NCBI GenBank assembly: GCA_963727775.1
Contig: CAVSHB010000001.1
Location: 1,440,001 to 1,504,000 of the forward strand
DNA length: 64,000 bases
Source of the DNA: an uncultured Nitrospiraceae bacterium
Lineage (GTDB): Bacteria; Nitrospirota; Thermodesulfovibrionia; Thermodesulfovibrionales; SM23-35
Direction of reading: 5' to 3'
Under the pieces are notes generated by a model. It saw only the letters and a program-made list of their open reading frames with translations. It ran no database searches and was not told the DNA's origin. The translations under genes were made by a program, and so were the position numbers. Positions 59,880 to 64,000 of this stretch are shown here, piece by piece. Position 1 is the first letter of the stretch, and every line of letters starts with the position of its first letter.

Positions 59880-61292
59880 ATGCAAGAATCGCTTCAAAAC
59901 CGGGCGCGGCACCTATATCAGGTTGAAGGGTTGAGCCTGAATCAGGTAGCGACGAAGCTGGGCATATCGAGAAAAAAGGTTACCCGCCTCATTCGGCAAG
60001 ACGACACCAGGAGAAGATCCTCCGGTAACATCCTGGCGCCCTATGCGCGGTTAATTCAGCAGTGGTACACGGAATATCCGTTTCTGCAGGCCATACAGGT
60101 AATGGAGCGGCTGAAGGGCTACGGGTATGAGGGAGGGTATACGGCGGTGAAGGATTACACGCTCCCATTAAGAAAGAAGCGGAAGGGCAACTCCTTCCAT
60201 GCGCTGGAGTTTCTTCCAGGGGAAGAATCGCAGGTTGATTGGATGCAGAGGAGCATGCCTTTCGGGGTAGTCTACGGGTTCGGCTACATCCTGTCCTATT
60301 CGCGGTACCTTTACGCTCACTTCTATCTGAGGAGCTCTATGGAGTTTTTCCTGGACGGCCATATTGAGGCCTTCAAAGAAATAGGAGGTGTCGCCAACAG
60401 ACATGCTTATGACAATCTCAAGTCCGTAGTCATAAAGAGAAAACCGGAGATAACTTACAATGCTCGTTTTTTGGACTTTGCACGGCACTATAATTTCTCT
60501 ATCCGTGCCTGCAATCCTGGCAAGCCTAATGAGAAAGGCAGGGTTGAGCGGGTCATCAGAGACATTGAAAGCTTCCTCGTCATCAATACCTTCGCCGATA
60601 TCGACGATCTTAATAAAAGATTCGGCCTCTGGCGCATACAGAGAAATGCCAGGATTCACCGATCCACGGGAATGCCTCCTGTTGAGGCGTTAAAGCAGGA
60701 GAGACTCATAGCTCTCCCCCAAATCCATTACCTGCCTTACAGACAGGAGCCGGCATCCATCAACAAGACGTGCTTTGTGGAGTTCGACACCAACCGCTAC
60801 TCAGTGCCATCCCAGTACGGAGATATGCCCTGCGACATCTTTGGGTATCCTCAGCACATAGAAATAGCGGTGCATGGCAGAAAGATAGCGACGCACAAAC
60901 GGGTATTCGACAGAAAACAAAAGATAGAACATCCTTCTCACCGCGAGAAACTTCTCAATATCACTCCCCACTATAAATACAAAAGGATGCACCAGCTTCT
61001 GAAGTCCATGGACAAAAACATCGAACACTTCCTCAACCGCGCTGAACAAGAGGGACAGGATCCTCTTGAGGTTGCTTACGAACTGTTCAAACTTCTTAAA
61101 GGCATAGCCAGGGAGACACTGATATCGGCGGTCAAGGCCGCCATAAGCATCGATACCTATAGAGTGACCTATATCCAGGGGCTTCTGGGTCCGGCGGGCA
61201 ATCAGGACAATCCCGTGCATCCCCAGAACCCGGGGCTGTTACATATCTCATATGAAGGGAGGCAACTGAGCGATTATGATGAACTTATCTGA
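59880..61292 (+). CDS. istA: IS21 transposase
   Basis: N-terminal HTH; PGEESQVDW, YDNLKSVV, EKGRVER, NRYSVP. Confidence 0.95.
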   Translation: MQESLQNRARHLYQVEGLSLNQVATKLGISRKKVTRLIRQDDTRRRSSGNILAPYARLIQQWYTEYPFLQAIQVMERLKGYGYEGGYTAVKDYTLPLRKKRKGNSFHALEFLPGEESQVDWMQRSMPFGVVYGFGYILSYSRYLYAHFYLRSSMEFFLDGHIEAFKEIGGVANRHAYDNLKSVVIKRKPEITYNARFLDFARHYNFSIRACNPGKPNEKGRVERVIRDIESFLVINTFADIDDLNKRFGLWRIQRNARIHRSTGMPPVEALKQERLIALPQIHYLPYRQEPASINKTCFVEFDTNRYSVPSQYGDMPCDIFGYPQHIEIAVHGRKIATHKRVFDRKQKIEHPSHREKLLNITPHYKYKRMHQLLKSMDKNIEHFLNRAEQEGQDPLEVAYELFKLLKGIARETLISAVKAAISIDTYRVTYIQGLLGPAGNQDNPVHPQNPGLLHISYEGRQLSDYDELI

Positions 61293-61953
61293 GCTGTGGA
61301 GGCACTTCAGGCTCCTTGCGGATCTTGAAGCTCTTTCAAAAGAACAAAAGGAGTTTATGTTGAAGTTCCTCACCGAGGAGTATCATCGAAAGGAGTTAAA
61401 AAGGATCCAGTACCTCATGAACATGTCCGGCATCAAGAGAACAAAGATCCTCGATGACTTCGACTGGAAATATAATCCAAAGATACCAAGGGACAAGATC
61501 ATAGAATACATGAACACCCAGTGGCTTAAGAAACCCAGCAACCTTGTGCTCATAGGCCCGGCCGGTGTCGGTAAAACCCATGTCGCAACCGCACTGTGCC
61601 ATGATGCCCTTACCAAAGGCTGTCAGACGGTCTTTCTTACCTTGTTTGACCTCACCGCCAAAATGGCGAAGGCCAAGAGCATCTACAGCTTCATCGAATA
61701 CCACGCGCGGGCAGCCGTTTGGTGTCTGGATGAGATCGGCTATGTGATCCCGAGCAAAGAACAGGCAGACTGCATCTTCCAGATAATCTCAAAAAGGGCG
61801 GAAGTGGGCACGACCATCGTCACCACCAACCTTGTACCGTCAAACTGGGGGAAGGTGTTTGATACCGTGACTGCATCGGCGATTCTTGATCGGCTCAGCA
61901 TGAACGGAAAGTTCATCACCTTCGAAGGAAGGTCCTATAGAAATAGGCAGTAA
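61276..61953 (+). CDS. istB: IS21 helper ATPase
   Basis: GPAGVGKTH, LDEIGY, TTN, AILDRL, GRSYR. Confidence 0.95.
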   Translation: MMNLSELWRHFRLLADLEALSKEQKEFMLKFLTEEYHRKELKRIQYLMNMSGIKRTKILDDFDWKYNPKIPRDKIIEYMNTQWLKKPSNLVLIGPAGVGKTHVATALCHDALTKGCQTVFLTLFDLTAKMAKAKSIYSFIEYHARAAVWCLDEIGYVIPSKEQADCIFQIISKRAEVGTTIVTTNLVPSNWGKVFDTVTASAILDRLSMNGKFITFEGRSYRNRQ

Positions 61954-62109
61954 GCTGGGTAGAATAATAACGAAAGTTCCGAATCAGGGTTACAACTGAT
62001 TAGAGATAACTCGCCTCGGCGCAGGGCGTTCCACGCTGGATTGCGCCCTGACCAGCTACAGCAGGCATCCGCCGCCGCCATATTCGGTTCCTTTCGAGCG
62101 GCGCCCACA

Positions 62110-62819
62110 CCTATGGCAATGGCATCTTTGTGGCAGTCGGAGGAGACGAGGTAAATGCAGGTCATCACAGCTATCCTATAGGAATCATCCTAACCTCACC
62201 AGATGGGATAACATGGACATCTACCACCTGGGATGTACCAGAAGGTAATTTTCACAGCGTGACCTATGGCAATAGCACCTTTGTAGCCGTGGGGAATTCT
62301 GGCATCATCCTAACATCACCAGATGGAGTAACGTGGACGGGAATAAACTCGGGAACATTTAGTTCTTTGAATGGGGTGACCTATGGCAATGGCACCTTTG
62401 TAGCCGTGGGGCGGTCTTACGTAGAGGAGACTAGCATCATCCTGACTTCACCAGATGGGGTAATGTGGACAATCAGAGACTTGGACGGCTTTGGAGGTTG
62501 GTTCGGGGTAACCTATGGCAATGGCACCTTTGTAGCTGTGGGGGTTGGCACTATCCTGACTTCACAAGATGGGGTAATGTTTACAACCAGACACTTGGAA
62601 ACTAATGCTGCTATTCTTCTTTATGGGGTGACCCATGGCAATAGTACCTTTGTGGCAGTGGGGGAGTGGGGCATCATCCTCAGCTCACCAGATGGAGTAA
62701 CGTGGACATCCATAAACTCGTTAAGAGTACCATCTTTGTCCGGGGTAACTTATGGCAATGGCACCTTTGTGGCTGTGGGCTCTGGTGGTAAGATTATCCA
62801 ATCAGATCCCATTGAGTAA
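62110..62819 (+). pseudogene. Large exported repeat protein, 3' part (beta-propeller-like repeats)
   Basis: Repeats of VTYGNGTFVAVG..IILTSPDG.TWT, in frame with the part before the IS. Confidence 0.88.
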
Positions 62820-63215
62820 TTGCACATAGTATTCAGAGAGAACAGCATAGAATAGAGTCTTATGCTTGTTATGATCGGGAACATGCAGATTTCCGATCGC
62901 TTTAATTTTCACACTTTGTAGGTGAACCTGAGATATCAGACGCACGAATTATTACTCAACTTTCATCTCAGGGAGGACGTTTGATACGGGGCGAGGGTTG
63001 CAGGATTTGTTTCGCTTTGAAAGTGCCATATCTTAGAAGTGACCGCAATATTTTTGAACGGAATGTTCAAATTAACAAGCCAAATATTTCGAGACTCACG
63101 TGAAGTTGCAGCGGGACGTTCTCATTTGACATTATGGCAATTAGAAACTATTACATTATGACATATTGACGAAAAGACAATAAGGATGATATTCTATAAA
63201 TAGAAAGGAGTTAAC

Positions 63216-63479
63216 ATGTTGGTTGCAATTGATAAGAGAGGAAGCGTCAACCTTCCTTCAACAATCAGAAAGGAAATGGGCCTCGATACGGGAACGCATC
63301 TGAATCTTGAGGTCCTCAGTGGAGGGGCTATTGTATTAACGCCTGTCGCCATTTATCCGACCATTAAACTGAATGAGAAGGGTCTGAACAAACTCAGAGA
63401 AGCGCGCAAGAGCGGTACAGCGAAGATGCCTGCTCAGTTGGCAAAACAAATAAAAAATGCCGGAACTGACGCCGACTAA
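63216..63479 (+). CDS. AbrB/MazE-family antitoxin
   Basis: IDKRGSVNLPSTIRKEMGL..G, IVLTP; AAGGAG RBS; upstream direct repeat ACATTATG(G/A)CA. Confidence 0.82.
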   Translation: MLVAIDKRGSVNLPSTIRKEMGLDTGTHLNLEVLSGGAIVLTPVAIYPTIKLNEKGLNKLREARKSGTAKMPAQLAKQIKNAGTDAD

Positions 63480-63759
63480 GCTTTTTCTCAAAGACATTTC
63501 TGTTTTCCAATCAAACCAGGCACTCGACAAAAAGATAGTCAAAGCCTTGGCCTTTCTTCAGGAAAACCCGTTCCACCCCGGGCTGCACATTGAGAGAATC
63601 ATCAATGATCCAACCGCTTGGTCCGTTCGAGTAGATAAACGATATCGCATCTCTATTGATCCTAAGGCTTATAATGAACCAGGTACCCCGGATTGGAATA
63701 AAGGTATTATCCTGCTTCGGATACTTGACCACGACGATCTGTATAAAATAACCCGATAA
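63457..63759 (+). CDS. RelE/ParE-like toxin
   Basis: FLKD, NPFHPGLHIERI, WSVRVDKRYRI, DHDDLY; overlaps the antitoxin. Confidence 0.8.
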   Translation: MPELTPTKLFLKDISVFQSNQALDKKIVKALAFLQENPFHPGLHIERIINDPTAWSVRVDKRYRISIDPKAYNEPGTPDWNKGIILLRILDHDDLYKITR

Positions 63760-63879
63760 CCCTGCCGGATTAAGAAAGTAAAAAGCTCTCACTATAACGA
63801 TTCTCATCGAGAAAAAGAAGCTGAAGACGTGTCAAGGCTCTGAGTTGTCCGCTTGAACAAAAAATGTACAGCTATAACG

Positions 63880-64000
63880 CGATGATACAAACAGTTTAAG
63901 GCGGTCGCATATCCCTGACTCTGCCCTCACGGATGAATAGGCGGAACTCAGGGAGTTCAAGCCTGGAAAGGCTGTTTCGATCACAACGGGATCGTTCTGG
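63880..64000 (+). ncRNA. Structured non-coding segment, possibly the end of an IS110-family element
   Basis: Nested complementary arms AGGC/GCCT, TCCCTGA/TCAGGGA, TCTGCC/GGCGGA; runs off the window end. Confidence 0.3.

Larger units (their letters stand above)
59271..62109 (+). mobile_element. IS21-family element with a passenger ORF, 2839 bp
   Basis: TGTGGGCG...CGCCCACA ends; 5-bp target duplication CCTAT at 59266 and 62110; excision restores GVTYGNGIFVAVG. Confidence 0.95.

Noticed and set aside
62110..62819. Regularly spaced GTGACCTATGGCAATGGCACCTTTGTAGCCGTGGG repeats resembling a CRISPR array
   Set aside because: They are in-frame coding repeats with third-position variation and similar spacers; no cas genes are present.
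1..64000. tRNA, rRNA, prophage or integron integrase genes
   Set aside because: None recognised by eye; dedicated scans would be needed to exclude small RNAs.

Overview
A 64 kb chromosomal window from an anaerobic Gram-negative bacterium. The pgpA-thpR-recA-pilT-recX-alaS and era-DUF151-recO gene orders suggest Nitrospirota or Desulfobacterota (inference). Housekeeping genes alternate with accessory patches. Main functional loci: PEP synthase flanked by two regulatory kinase/pyrophosphorylases, glycosyltransferases, NrfAH nitrite reductase, GapN, an RsbU/W/V partner-switch module coupled to an Mla/MCE transporter, a Cyc2-like cytochrome-porin, an ADP-forming acyl-CoA synthetase and inositol-lipid genes. 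Mobile content: IS3, IS200/IS605 and IS21 elements, four type II toxin-antitoxin pairs, an attC-like site and several gene remnants. Most notable unexplained structures: (1) a ~48 bp palindrome family that brackets a DUF559 endonuclease gene and also occurs free-standing, inside the IS200 left end, and in frame within rlmN; (2) the sigma-less Rsb module joined to the MCE transporter; (3) a hicBA insertion that appears to have replaced the 5' end of rsmD; (4) a structured non-coding segment at the window end, possibly an IS110 end. No rRNA, tRNA or CRISPR array was seen. All family assignments come from motif recognition by eye; no database search was run.
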